A stretch of 64,000 bases of DNA from Polyangiales bacterium (GTDB lineage: Bacteria > Myxococcota_A > Polyangia > Polyangiales > Ga0077539), in contig JBGARZ010000003.1 of assembly GCA_044229975.1 (NCBI GenBank), positions 621,809 to 685,808 of the forward strand, written 5' to 3'. The translations under genes and the position numbers were made by a program. The notes beneath the pieces are model-generated. The model had not been told where the DNA came from. It did not search any database and saw nothing but the letters and a program-made list of their open reading frames with translations. Of the stretch, positions 46,875 through 56,751 are shown piece after piece (within the stretch, counting starts at the first letter, position 1; every line of letters begins with the position of its first letter).

Positions 46875-48653
46875 ATGCGCTCTTGGCTTTCGCTTGTTTC
46901 CGTGCTGACTCTCGCGGCCTGCTCGGCCGAGACCGAACGGACCACCCGCTTCACCCGCGACGGCGGCACCAGCAGCGACGGCGGCTCCGTCGGCCCCTGC
47001 GAGGAGGGTCGCATCTACTGCGCCGGCAACGAGCGGTACCTCTGCGAGGGCGGCCAGGCGACCGACCGCCAGACCTGCATGGGCGCCAGCGGAACGTGCG
47101 TTCCGGGCGTCGGTTGTCGCGTCTGCGTGCCCAACGCCGCGCGGTGCGGCGGGCCGTCAGACCAGCAGATCCAGACCTGCGCGGCCGACGGCTCGCGGTG
47201 GGTCGACGGCGCCACCTGCAACACCGCCGACGGCGAGAGCTGCAACGCCGGCGCCTGCTACGACCGCTGCACGGCGAGCAACACCGAGCGCTCGTACCTC
47301 GGCTGCGACTACTGGCCGACCATCACCGCCAACACGGGGCTCGACCCCGCCTTCACCTTCGCGGTGGTGCTCTCCAACCCGCAGACCTACGCCGTGCGCG
47401 CGTCCATCACGGGCGGCACCCTCGCCTCGCCGCGGCAGGTCGAACTCGCCCCCGGAGCCATCCAGACCGTGACGCTCCCGTGGGTGCAGGAGCTCATCCA
47501 GACCAACCCCCTCAACCCCGGTTGCCGTGCGCTGCCAGGCGAGCGCTGCACCGGCGCGGCCCCCGCCACCTCGGTGCTCCGCCGCGGCGGCGCCTACCAT
47601 GTGCACAGCAACGGCCCCATCGCCGCCTACCAATTCAATCCGCTCAACTTCAGCCGCGCAGGTGGCTTCTTCTCGTTCTCCAACGACGCCTCGCTGCTGC
47701 TCCCGCAGGCCGTGCTGCGGCAGCGCTACATCGTCTCGACGTGGCCCAACCAGGTCTCCCTCGGCGGAACGTCGGGCGGCTTCGTCGCCATCACCGCCGT
47801 GACGGGCGAGAACACGGAGGTCACCATCCGCGCGACCTCCAACCTCTCGGCGGGCTCCGGCGTCGCGGCGGTCCGCGCAGGCACCGAGCGCACCTTCTCG
47901 CTGCGCACCGGCGACGTGCTCGAGCTCATCGGCGAAGGCGCCGGCGACCTCACCGGCTCGACCATCGAGTCGTCGCAGCCCGTGGCGGTCTTCGTCGGGC
48001 ACAACTGCACCACCATCCCGGGCGGTCGCCCCGCGTGCGACCACCTCGAAGAGCAGCTCCTCCCCAACGAGACCTGGGGGCGCGACTACGTCGTGTCGGC
48101 CTTGCGCGACCGCGGCCCCGGGGTCCCGACCGTGGTGCGCATCCTCTCGCAGGCCGACGGCAACGAGATCGCCTTCGACCCACCCTCCGCCCATGCGCCC
48201 GCGACGCTCGCGGCGGGTGAGATGCTGGAGTTCCAGACCAACGCGAACTTCCGGGTGACCGGCTCGCAGGCGCTGCTGGTGTCGCAGTTCATGTTCGGAC
48301 AGGGCGACCAGAACAGCGGCCTCACGACGGGCGACCCCGCCATGGTCTTCGAGGTGCCGGTGCAGCAGTACCGCACCAGCTACGACTTCTTCGTGCCCGA
48401 GACCTATCCCAACAACTTCCTCAACGTCGTCGCGCCCGAAGGCACCACGCTGGAGATGGATGGCAGGCCCCTGGGCGGCACCATGAGCCCCGTCGGCTCG
48501 ATGAACATCATCACCGTGATGGTCACCGGCGGCCCGCACCGCCTGCGCTCCACCACCGGCCAGCCCATCGGGCTCAAGGTCTACGGCGTCGCTCCGTACA
48601 CCTCGTACGCGTACCCCGGCGGCCTCGATCTCCAGCTCATCACCCCGGGCTGA
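46875..48653 (+). CDS. IgGFc-binding-domain lipoprotein
   Basis: LAAC lipobox, SYLGCDYW, AYQFNPL, SNDASLLLP, CDHLEEQ, GDPAM, SYAYPGG. Confidence 0.85.
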   Translation: MRSWLSLVSVLTLAACSAETERTTRFTRDGGTSSDGGSVGPCEEGRIYCAGNERYLCEGGQATDRQTCMGASGTCVPGVGCRVCVPNAARCGGPSDQQIQTCAADGSRWVDGATCNTADGESCNAGACYDRCTASNTERSYLGCDYWPTITANTGLDPAFTFAVVLSNPQTYAVRASITGGTLASPRQVELAPGAIQTVTLPWVQELIQTNPLNPGCRALPGERCTGAAPATSVLRRGGAYHVHSNGPIAAYQFNPLNFSRAGGFFSFSNDASLLLPQAVLRQRYIVSTWPNQVSLGGTSGGFVAITAVTGENTEVTIRATSNLSAGSGVAAVRAGTERTFSLRTGDVLELIGEGAGDLTGSTIESSQPVAVFVGHNCTTIPGGRPACDHLEEQLLPNETWGRDYVVSALRDRGPGVPTVVRILSQADGNEIAFDPPSAHAPATLAAGEMLEFQTNANFRVTGSQALLVSQFMFGQGDQNSGLTTGDPAMVFEVPVQQYRTSYDFFVPETYPNNFLNVVAPEGTTLEMDGRPLGGTMSPVGSMNIITVMVTGGPHRLRSTTGQPIGLKVYGVAPYTSYAYPGGLDLQLITPG

Positions 48654-48701
48654 CCCGGTACCCTCCGCCGCGACCACTCTCCCTCCGCCGCGACCACACC
48701 G

Positions 48702-50387
48702 ATGAACACTGCCGACGACGATCCGCGCGCCCTCCGCCGTGCGCGACTCCTCACCTGGGCCCCAGCCGCCCTCGCCCTCCTCGTGGCCGTCGCGATCACC
48801 CTCCGCGCGCACGCCCACTTCTTCTTCCCGTACCTCACGCCCGTCTCCAACGACGAGGGCTACATCTCCGCCCTCGGCCTGCGCATGATCCGCGGCCACT
48901 GGCTCCCGTACATCGACGGCGTCTCGCAGCGCGGCCCCATCCTCTACTGGATCGCCGCCCTCGCCATGCGCATCGGCGGCATGTGGAGCTGGCTGCCCAT
49001 CCGCGTGCTCGCCCTCCTCTGCGCGCTCTCCACCATCGGGCTCGTCTTCGCGCTCGCGCGGGAGCTCTTCACGCCCGCTGTCGCCGCCGTCGCGGTGCTC
49101 GTCAGCACCTACTTCTTCACCTACGAGCTCAACCCCTGGGACGGCATCGGCTTCAACGGCGAGGTCGTCGCGATGCAGTTCGCGCTCGCCTCGTGGCTGC
49201 TCGTCGCCCGCGCGATGCGCCGCCCCGACGACCCGCGCGGTCTCGTCCGCCGCCGCAACGCGCACCTCGTCGTCGCGGGCGTGCTCGCGGCCTGCGCCGG
49301 GCTCAGCAAGCAGATGGCCCTCAGCCACGCGGTGCCCCTCGCCCTCTGGATCGTCCTCGGCAACGGCGACGCCGAGGTCTCGCCACGCCAACGCATCCGC
49401 GACCTCACGCGCTTCACCCTCGGCGGCGCGGTGCCCTTCGTGCTGGTCGTCGGCGTCTACGCCGCCACCGGGCACTTCAAGGAGTTCACCTACTACTACC
49501 AGCGGTACGGCCGGGAGATCTTCATGGCGCCGGTCACGCTCACCGCGTACCGCGACAAGCTGAAGGAGCAGTTCGACAAGTACCTCTTCGGCATCGTGGT
49601 GATCGGCTCGCTCGGGTGGCTCCTCGCGGCCCGCACGGCCCGCCGCATCGTCGACCATGACGGCCCGCGCGGCTCGGGCTTCCGCGCCGAAGCGCCTGCG
49701 GTGGTGTTGTTCCTCCAACTGCTGGCGGCGGTGTTCGGCGCGTCGTTCACGGGGCGCTTCTTCCCGCACTACTTCGTCGAGGTGTTTCCCATCGCGGCCC
49801 TCGTCGCAGGCGTCGCGCTCGCCCCCATCCTCGCCCCACCCGCGGCGTCGCTGCGCGGTCGCTTCGCAGGCACGCTCACCCTCGTCCTCGGCTGCACCGC
49901 CCTCCTCTCGGTCTGCGCCTGGAACCTCCACCGCAACGTCCGCCTCCGCCGCGAGACCGACCGCTGGTATCAAGACCCGCGCACCGACCCCATCGTGCGC
50001 TACGTCACCGAGCGCACCGACCCCGGCGAGCGCATCTTCGTGTGGGGATTCCGCGCCGAGACCTACCTCTCGGCGCAGCGCATGCCCGCGTCGCGCTTCG
50101 TCTACACGGTCTACCCCGCCGGGGTCGTGCCGTGGTTCCAGGCGACGCGCGATGAGGAAGAGCGCCGCGTGACGCCCCACAGCCGCGAGCAGCTCCTCGC
50201 CGACCTCGACCGCGAGCGCCCCGAGCTCATCATCGACGCCGGCCGAACGATGAGCGGCCGCTACATGTACAACTACCCGCAGCTCCGCTCGTACCTCGAC
50301 CGCGGCTACTGCTTCATGCGCTACGTCGACGGCGAACCCGTGTACCGACGACGCCACGGCGAGACCTGTCCTCCCGCTGACTACTGA
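48702..50387 (+). CDS. GT-C glycosyltransferase (ArnT/PMT family 39-like)
   Basis: NDEGY...WLPY.D, NGE, LSKQ, FFPHYF, IFVWG; multiple TMs. Confidence 0.8.
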   Translation: MNTADDDPRALRRARLLTWAPAALALLVAVAITLRAHAHFFFPYLTPVSNDEGYISALGLRMIRGHWLPYIDGVSQRGPILYWIAALAMRIGGMWSWLPIRVLALLCALSTIGLVFALARELFTPAVAAVAVLVSTYFFTYELNPWDGIGFNGEVVAMQFALASWLLVARAMRRPDDPRGLVRRRNAHLVVAGVLAACAGLSKQMALSHAVPLALWIVLGNGDAEVSPRQRIRDLTRFTLGGAVPFVLVVGVYAATGHFKEFTYYYQRYGREIFMAPVTLTAYRDKLKEQFDKYLFGIVVIGSLGWLLAARTARRIVDHDGPRGSGFRAEAPAVVLFLQLLAAVFGASFTGRFFPHYFVEVFPIAALVAGVALAPILAPPAASLRGRFAGTLTLVLGCTALLSVCAWNLHRNVRLRRETDRWYQDPRTDPIVRYVTERTDPGERIFVWGFRAETYLSAQRMPASRFVYTVYPAGVVPWFQATRDEEERRVTPHSREQLLADLDRERPELIIDAGRTMSGRYMYNYPQLRSYLDRGYCFMRYVDGEPVYRRRHGETCPPADY

Positions 50388-50508
50388 GCGGTTCTCATCG
50401 ATGACAGGCTATGTCCGCCAACTTGTTGACCCCCGGCGTTGGCGGGGCCTACGGTGGTGATTGGCCACGGCTCTCCCGCCTGCGGCCCTCTACCCAACGG
50501 GGTTCATC

Positions 50509-51045
50509 ATGGCTGAAGGACTCAACAAGGCGCTCCTCATCGGCAACCTCGGGGCCGACCCGGAGCTTCGGTTTACGACCAACAACCGCGCGGTGTTGAA
50601 GTTCCGCCTCGCGACGACCGAGTCGTACATGGACCAGAACAACACCCGCCAGGAGATCACCCACTGGCACCAGATCGTGCTGTGGGGCAAGCGCGGCGAG
50701 GCGCTCTCCAAGCTCATCTCCAAGGGCTCGCGCGTCTACGTCGAGGGCCGCATCGAGACCCGCTCCTACGAAGACGCCAACGGCGTGAAGAAGAGCGCGA
50801 CGGACATCGTGGCGACCAACCTCATCCTCCTCGACGGCCGCAAGGACGGCGGCGGTGGCATGGGTGGCGGCGGTGGCATGGGCGGCGGTGGCGGCGGTCG
50901 TCCGCCCGCGGGTGGTGGCGGTGGTGGTGGCGCTCGTCCGCCCGCGGCAGGCGGTGGTGGTGGCGGTCGCGCGCCCGAGACCGACGACTTCCCGCCCGAC
51001 GACTTCGGCGGCGGCGCGGGTGGCGATGACGACATCCCGTTCTGA
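50509..51045 (+). CDS. ssb: Single-stranded DNA-binding protein
   Basis: LNKALLIGNLGADPELR, VYVEGRIETR, Gly-rich linker, DDDIPF. Confidence 0.97.
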   Translation: MAEGLNKALLIGNLGADPELRFTTNNRAVLKFRLATTESYMDQNNTRQEITHWHQIVLWGKRGEALSKLISKGSRVYVEGRIETRSYEDANGVKKSATDIVATNLILLDGRKDGGGGMGGGGGMGGGGGGRPPAGGGGGGGARPPAAGGGGGGRAPETDDFPPDDFGGGAGGDDDIPF

Positions 51046-51862
51046 TCGCGGGCTGATCGCGACGGTGCTCGCCGTCGCGCTCGCTCCACTCCTCGCCTTC
51101 GCCACCGGCCCCGACGACGTCGGCTACAAGATCAAGCCCGCCGACGGCAACCTCTGGTCGCAGCGCTTCCGCGGCGGCCGCCTCATCGGGGGCGGCGGCT
51201 GCGTGCGCCGGTGCATCTCCTTCACCTTCGACGACGGCCCGAGCTGGGAGACCACGCCCGCGCTGCTCGACACGCTCACGCTGCGCGGCGTGCCCGCGAC
51301 CTTCTTCGTCACGGGCCACCGCATCGACGGCGACGGCGAGGTGGCCCAGCGCAACCGCGCGGTGCTCGCGCTGGAGTGGCGCCTCGGGCACCTCGTGGGC
51401 AACCACACCTATCACCACGACCTGCTCGACACGATGACCGAGCCGGTGCTGCGCTACGAGATCGACCGCACCGAGGCGCTCATCCACGGGGTCATCGGCG
51501 AGCGCGTGTGGCTCTTCCGCGCGCCGTACGGAGCGCTGCACCACCCGCGGGCGGTGCGGGCGGTGTTCTCGCGGGACTACACGCCGGTGTTCTGGGCGAT
51601 GGACTCACAGGACTGGCGCGTCAACACGCCCGAAGCCGTGCTGGCCAACGTGCGCGCCGAGCTCGACCGGGCGCCCCGTGGTGGCGTGCTGCTGATGCAC
51701 GACACGCTGCCGTGGAGCGTCGCGGCGTTTCCGTTGATCCTCGACGAGCTGGCGACGCGCAACGCGGCGCTCATCGCCCGCGGCGAAGAACCGTATGAAG
51801 TGGTGGGATTGGAGAGGTTCTACGAGCCCCTCCGCGCCGCGCCCGTGAGGCGTCGACGCTGA
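51026..51862 (+). CDS. Polysaccharide deacetylase (NodB/CE4)
   Basis: TFDDGP, ATFFV, GNHTYHH, FRAPYG, LLMHD. Confidence 0.92.
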   Translation: MTTSRSDRGLIATVLAVALAPLLAFATGPDDVGYKIKPADGNLWSQRFRGGRLIGGGGCVRRCISFTFDDGPSWETTPALLDTLTLRGVPATFFVTGHRIDGDGEVAQRNRAVLALEWRLGHLVGNHTYHHDLLDTMTEPVLRYEIDRTEALIHGVIGERVWLFRAPYGALHHPRAVRAVFSRDYTPVFWAMDSQDWRVNTPEAVLANVRAELDRAPRGGVLLMHDTLPWSVAAFPLILDELATRNAALIARGEEPYEVVGLERFYEPLRAAPVRRRR

Positions 51863-51883
51863 GGGGAAGCGGAGGCGGAGGGC

Positions 51884-52711
51884 TCAGCGGCCGGGGGAGG
51901 CGCCGAAGTACCAGACCGCCGAGAGCGAGCCGGTGATGATGTCGGCGAGGCCGTAGTTGGGGCCGACGGTGGTGCCGATGCCGAAGCCCGACGACGACGC
52001 GGTGTTGGTGTCGTTGTTGGAGATGGTCACCGACTTGCGGCTCGCGCTGGTGTAGGCGAGACCGAAGCCGAACTGGGCCTGGAGGCCGAGCTGCGGCAGG
52101 CCGAGGAAGCCGAACTGGAGCTCGGCGACCGCGTTGGCGCCGAGGCCGAACTGCACCGCGCTGAGGGTGTTGTCGGTGGTCGCCGCGCCCGCGCCGGTGG
52201 TGATGCCGCTGGTGCCGAAGCGGAAGAACACGTACGGGTCGACGTGGATGGCGAGGTGCTTCGCCTCGGCCAGCATGATGGGCAGGCCGACCTGGAGGCC
52301 CAGGCCGAAGAAGTTGGGGTTGTCGGACGACTGCTGGGTCGTCATGCCGCCGGTCTGCTGCGTGCTCGTGCTGGAGCCGCTCGAGAAGCCGATGCCGAGG
52401 CCGGCTTCGAGGCCGATGGAGTTGTTGAGCCAGTAGCGCACGCCGACGGTGTGCAGCGCCTCGGAGCCCGAGTTGCCGACCATGCCGCCCGCGAACGAGA
52501 GCGCCGGCATCTGGGCCGAACCGAAGTAGCGGAGCGCCAGGTGACCCACCACGACCGAGTGGTCGGTGGGGCCCGAGGTGTCCGTGATCGACCCGCCCGT
52601 GGACGTCGTCGCCGCCGGGGTCGCCGGGGTCGTGTTGAGGTCCTGCGCGCCAACGGCCGTCGCGCCCAGCACGACCGCCGCACCCATCACCGTCGAAAGC
52701 AATCCACGCAT
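51884..52711 (-). CDS. Putative outer-membrane beta-barrel protein
   Basis: Signal peptide, amphipathic strands (GVRYWL...GLEAGLG), near-terminal AVWYF. Confidence 0.7.
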   Translation of the reverse strand: MRGLLSTVMGAAVVLGATAVGAQDLNTTPATPAATTSTGGSITDTSGPTDHSVVVGHLALRYFGSAQMPALSFAGGMVGNSGSEALHTVGVRYWLNNSIGLEAGLGIGFSSGSSTSTQQTGGMTTQQSSDNPNFFGLGLQVGLPIMLAEAKHLAIHVDPYVFFRFGTSGITTGAGAATTDNTLSAVQFGLGANAVAELQFGFLGLPQLGLQAQFGFGLAYTSASRKSVTISNNDTNTASSSGFGIGTTVGPNYGLADIITGSLSAVWYFGASPGR

Positions 52712-52841
52712 TTTGGTATTCACCTTGTGCCTAGCCTGACGATCCACCCGGACCGTCGAATTGGCCGCTGTGTCGGTCAAATCCGTATCCAAGTCAAGCT
52801 ACCCGCACCCCGGCCTTGGACATAGCCCGACACCGCACACC

Positions 52842-54365
52842 CTAAGGTGGCGTCAACGCATAGATCAGATAGCGCGCCGTGGGACGGGCCGGTTCGAGCT
52901 TCCATCCATGGGCACGCAGGCCGTCGACGATGCGATAGATCGCGTCCCACGAGTCGAGCACCACGAGGTGCGTGGGGTGGGTCTTGAGCGCCAGACGGTG
53001 CACCGCCTCGGCGCGGCCGGGACCGCACGAAGCCCAGGTGTACTGCCGGTGCAGCGCGACCGCGGGAGGGGTCTTCAGTCCCACGAGGTCGACCACCCGA
53101 CGCTGCCCCGCGAAGGCCACGTAGCCGACGTCGTGCACCATCAGCCGGGCGTCGCGCGGCAGCGAGGTGCGCACGAAGGTCGCGAGGCCCGCGAGCTCGG
53201 CGCGGGTGAAGGCGCAACGCTGCCGATGCTCGGTCCAGCGAGCCTTGGCGGTGTGGGCGTTGGTGTCGATGGTGACGATCGTGAGCAGCAGCGCGGCCCC
53301 GCGGACCCAGCGCGAACGGTGCGCGCGCGCCGCCGCGATGGTGGCGATGGCGAAGGGGAGCAGCGCGTAGAGGTAGCGATACTCGTAGTGCCCGAGCGCC
53401 CCGGGGAACTGTGTCTCGTAGGCGAGGAAGAGGGCGGCGCCGGCGAGGAGGCCGATGCGCCCGACGCCCACGAGCGGCCACAACAACACCGCCCGCGGGA
53501 AGTACCCGAGCGTGTCGAGGAAGCGGTTGAGCGCGCCGCGGGCCCAGTCCCAGCGCACCGTCGGCGGCAGGCACCCCTCTGCAAAGAAGAGGCGCTTGGC
53601 GCTGATGGTCGACGGCAGCAGCGCCCCGAGCTGAACCAGGTTGAGGACCACCCACGGCGCCGACCCCGCCAGCGCGAGCGCGACGTCCACCACGACGCGA
53701 CGGACGTCGAGAGCTCCCGCCGCGCGGAGGCGCAACCACCGCAGCGCGAGGAGACCCGCGCCCGCGACGGAGAGCTCTGGCCGCAGGAATGGCAGCACCC
53801 CGCAGAGCACCGGCTGCACCGCCCCCGTCGGCGCCGACCCCTCGGCGGGCTCGGTGAGCACGAGGGCCCAGGTGAGCGTGCCCATGGCGAGGCCGGTCTC
53901 CAGGCCGTTCATGAGCTGGTGCGGCGTGTCGCCGACGATGACCGCGAGCCCTGCGAGGAGCAGCGCGTCCCAGCGCGACAGCCGGTGCCGCATCGCGAGC
54001 GCGACCACGCCGGTCACGTAGGTGGCGACGCCGATCCAGCCGCCCAGCCATCCCCCGGCCTCGCCCCGCACCGCCGTCCCGATGATCGAGAGCAGCACGG
54101 TGTGCACCGGGCTCGTCGCCCCGACCATCGCCGGAACCCCCAGCTCCGGGTCGACCCCGCGACGCAGCACCAGCGCGTTGTGCAGCGTGATGTACGCGTC
54201 GTCGACGGGCAGCGCCGTGCCCTCGCTGCGGTAGTGCACCACCGCTGCCGCAGCCACCAGCGCGAGCGCGACGCCCTGCGCGACCCGGCGCTCGGTCTTC
54301 GACCACGCGACGATCACGGCGCGCCCGACGGAGAAGCGATCTGTCCCGCGACCCATGACCGCCAC
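52842..54365 (-). CDS. Polytopic membrane protein, GT-C-like
   Basis: DDAYIT, GATSP, GLET, RPE, YRY, DVG, VDLVGL. Confidence 0.75.
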   Translation of the reverse strand: MAVMGRGTDRFSVGRAVIVAWSKTERRVAQGVALALVAAAAVVHYRSEGTALPVDDAYITLHNALVLRRGVDPELGVPAMVGATSPVHTVLLSIIGTAVRGEAGGWLGGWIGVATYVTGVVALAMRHRLSRWDALLLAGLAVIVGDTPHQLMNGLETGLAMGTLTWALVLTEPAEGSAPTGAVQPVLCGVLPFLRPELSVAGAGLLALRWLRLRAAGALDVRRVVVDVALALAGSAPWVVLNLVQLGALLPSTISAKRLFFAEGCLPPTVRWDWARGALNRFLDTLGYFPRAVLLWPLVGVGRIGLLAGAALFLAYETQFPGALGHYEYRYLYALLPFAIATIAAARAHRSRWVRGAALLLTIVTIDTNAHTAKARWTEHRQRCAFTRAELAGLATFVRTSLPRDARLMVHDVGYVAFAGQRRVVDLVGLKTPPAVALHRQYTWASCGPGRAEAVHRLALKTHPTHLVVLDSWDAIYRIVDGLRAHGWKLEPARPTARYLIYALTPP

Positions 54366-55870
54366 GGCGCTCGCGCATCGAGCTCGGCCGCGCGAGCCAC
54401 CGCGTCGACGTCACGCCCCAGCAGCGCCCGCGCGAGCACCACGACGGGTGCCTCATCCACCGATACGCGCACCGCGTCCTCCGCGCTCGACCGCTCGGGG
54501 CCGGCGCAGCGCGCAGGCGATCGAGCGCACCACAGCACCCGCCACGACGCCGCCCAGCCCGCCGTCTCGGGCGCCGCTGCGGCCGCCGCGAGGTCGGCCT
54601 CCACCGGCGCCGCCGGGCCATCCCACGCGCCCGACGCGCCCCGCGCGAGCCGCCCCTCGACGCCCTCCACCGAGGCCAGCGCCGCCGTCGCCTCGCCCGC
54701 GCGGCCGAGCCGATCGAGCCGCGCCGCCGCCCTCTGTCGCATGGCGTCCCGCGCCGCACCGCCGTCGGCCCCGAGCGCGAGCAGTCGGGTCATCGCCCGC
54801 TCCATCAACACGTCGCCGAGCTCCCGCCGACCCGCGCGGTCGAGCGCCGCGGCCACCGCCGGGGTCACCAGCGCCAGCGCGCTGCCGCGGGGCATCCCCT
54901 CGGCGCGACCGATGGAACCCGATCGCGCACACCGACCCGCCCACGAAGACGCCGCCGCAGGTGCGAGGGAGGGCGCCCGGTCGTCGATGCCCACCAGCGC
55001 CGCGACCCTCAGCGCGTCGGTCACCCGGTCGGCCTCGGCCAACGCCACGGCCCGCACCGTCGCCGACCCGGCGACCCCGTCGGTCATCCCCAGGGCCGAC
55101 TCGTCGAGCGCGCGCTGCACCTCGCCCGCGCGGAGCCACAGCCACGCCACGGATGCTCGATCGATGGCGCCGCGGTTTCGCGACAGCGCCCCGACGGCCA
55201 CCACGGCGCCCGCGGTGTCGCCCGCGCACACGCGCGTCACGGCGAGGGCGAGGCGAGCGCCCTGATCGCGACCCGCGTGCGCTGCGACGAGCGTCGCCGC
55301 GCGAGACCACTGACCGGCCTGGGAGAGACGCTCGACCGGATCGGCCGACGGCAGCGGGCGAGCGGGCGTGGCGTCGGTCGACGTGTGGCGCGACGCGATG
55401 CGGACGGCCGTGGCGCGCACCTCGGCGTCACCGGGGTCGAGGCCCACCGCACGGGCGAGGGCCGCGTCGCGCTCGGCGAGAGTGGCGGTCTCGTCGCCGA
55501 GCGCCGTGGCGAGGCTCAGCCATGCGGCCGAGGCGTTGGCGTAGCGGGCGGTGGCGGCGCGGGCGAGCTCGATCGCGCGGGCGCGCTGGCCCGCGGCGGT
55601 GAGGTGCTGCACGCGGCGGGCGACGATCCAGGGGTCGGCTTCGTCGGCGAAGGACGCGAGGTTCATCTGCCGATCGGCCTCGGCGAAGTCGCCGCGAGCG
55701 GCCGCGAGCTCGCCGCGCAGGAAGGCTTCGTAGGCGGTGGCCGAGGCATAGGGGCGCTCACGGAGGCGGCCGCCGATGTGCTCGGTGGTGGTGCCGGGGG
55801 ACGAGGCGCACGCCGACAGGACCACCGCGAAGAGGAACAACGGACGGAGCGTCTGCGGGCATCGGCGCAC
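54314..55870 (-). CDS. TPR-like Ala-rich lipoprotein
   Basis: LSAC lipobox, AYEAFLRGELAAARGD and helical repeats. Start uncertain. Confidence 0.55.
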   Translation of the reverse strand: MRRCPQTLRPLFLFAVVLSACASSPGTTTEHIGGRLRERPYASATAYEAFLRGELAAARGDFAEADRQMNLASFADEADPWIVARRVQHLTAAGQRARAIELARAATARYANASAAWLSLATALGDETATLAERDAALARAVGLDPGDAEVRATAVRIASRHTSTDATPARPLPSADPVERLSQAGQWSRAATLVAAHAGRDQGARLALAVTRVCAGDTAGAVVAVGALSRNRGAIDRASVAWLWLRAGEVQRALDESALGMTDGVAGSATVRAVALAEADRVTDALRVAALVGIDDRAPSLAPAAASSWAGRCARSGSIGRAEGMPRGSALALVTPAVAAALDRAGRRELGDVLMERAMTRLLALGADGGAARDAMRQRAAARLDRLGRAGEATAALASVEGVEGRLARGASGAWDGPAAPVEADLAAAAAAPETAGWAASWRVLWCARSPARCAGPERSSAEDAVRVSVDEAPVVVLARALLGRDVDAVARAAELDARAPWRSWVAGQIASPSGAP

Positions 55871-56041
55871 GGGCGGCGCAGGGCTATACACCGTTCCCAG
55901 GGGCAACAGAACGGGAGGGTTGTCGGGGCGGGGGTGGGGCCGGTACGATCGGCGCCGCGAGCGGGTCGCGAGGGAGTGTGTTTCGTTTTGGGGAGCGGTA
56001 CCTTCGCCCTCCGCCCCGCCACCGCCCACACGAGGAACCTC

Positions 56042-56587
56042 ATGACATCTGAAGTCGACGCCCGCTGCCTGGAGACCTTCCCCAACTGGCTTCGCTCGCT
56101 GGGCAACGACGCCGAGGCGATGGTCGACGCCCTCAACGCCGAGTCGACCCCGGAGGCCGCGCGCCGCTCGCTGGCTGCCGGGCTCAACTATGTCTTCAAG
56201 TCCGTCGACCTCATCCCCGACGGCATCGACGACATCGGCTACCTCGACGATGCCTTCGTGCTCCGCATCGCCTCGGTCCACGCCGGCGCCAACGGGCTCG
56301 ACCTCAACACCGTCGCGGCGCTCCAGGCGCTCGCCGGCGACGTCGACCTCGTGAAGGGCTTCCTCGGCGACGACTACGCCCGCCTCGACGTGTACGTGCA
56401 GGGCTTGAAGCGCAGCGCCGCGCGCGGCCGCTCGGTGGACGACATCATCAACGGCGAGTCCGTTCGCGCTGACTTCACCGCCGACGTGAAGGGCTTCGCC
56501 CGCAGCTACGCCTCGCCCAGCTTCGGCCGCGAGGAGAAGAACCTCATCAAGCTCCGCGCCTTCTTCGACGCCAAGCTGCCCCGCTGA
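56042..56587 (+). CDS. DUF1232 (YkvA) domain protein
   Basis: Y.....DLIPD.I..IGYLDD; GAGGA SD. Confidence 0.85.
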   Translation: MTSEVDARCLETFPNWLRSLGNDAEAMVDALNAESTPEAARRSLAAGLNYVFKSVDLIPDGIDDIGYLDDAFVLRIASVHAGANGLDLNTVAALQALAGDVDLVKGFLGDDYARLDVYVQGLKRSAARGRSVDDIINGESVRADFTADVKGFARSYASPSFGREEKNLIKLRAFFDAKLPR

Positions 56588-56751
56588 CGACCGACGCGGC
56601 CGACGCTCCGCGCCTGCATCGACGCCGGGCCGCCCTGCTGAATCGCCGCTCATGCGGTCATTGACCGACCGCCTCCCCAAAGCCTAGAAGACCGATGCGC
56701 GTAGGCCCGTGCGCAGTGCACGTCGGCTCCTCACGCCTCCGGTTCGTGCAC

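Noticed and set aside
48661..48697. 17-bp direct repeat CCCTCCGCCGCGACCAC x2 between genes
   Set aside because: Real, but probably a slippage duplication; no evidence of function.
50848..50970. GGC/GGT-rich repeats
   Set aside because: They encode the normal Gly-rich SSB linker.
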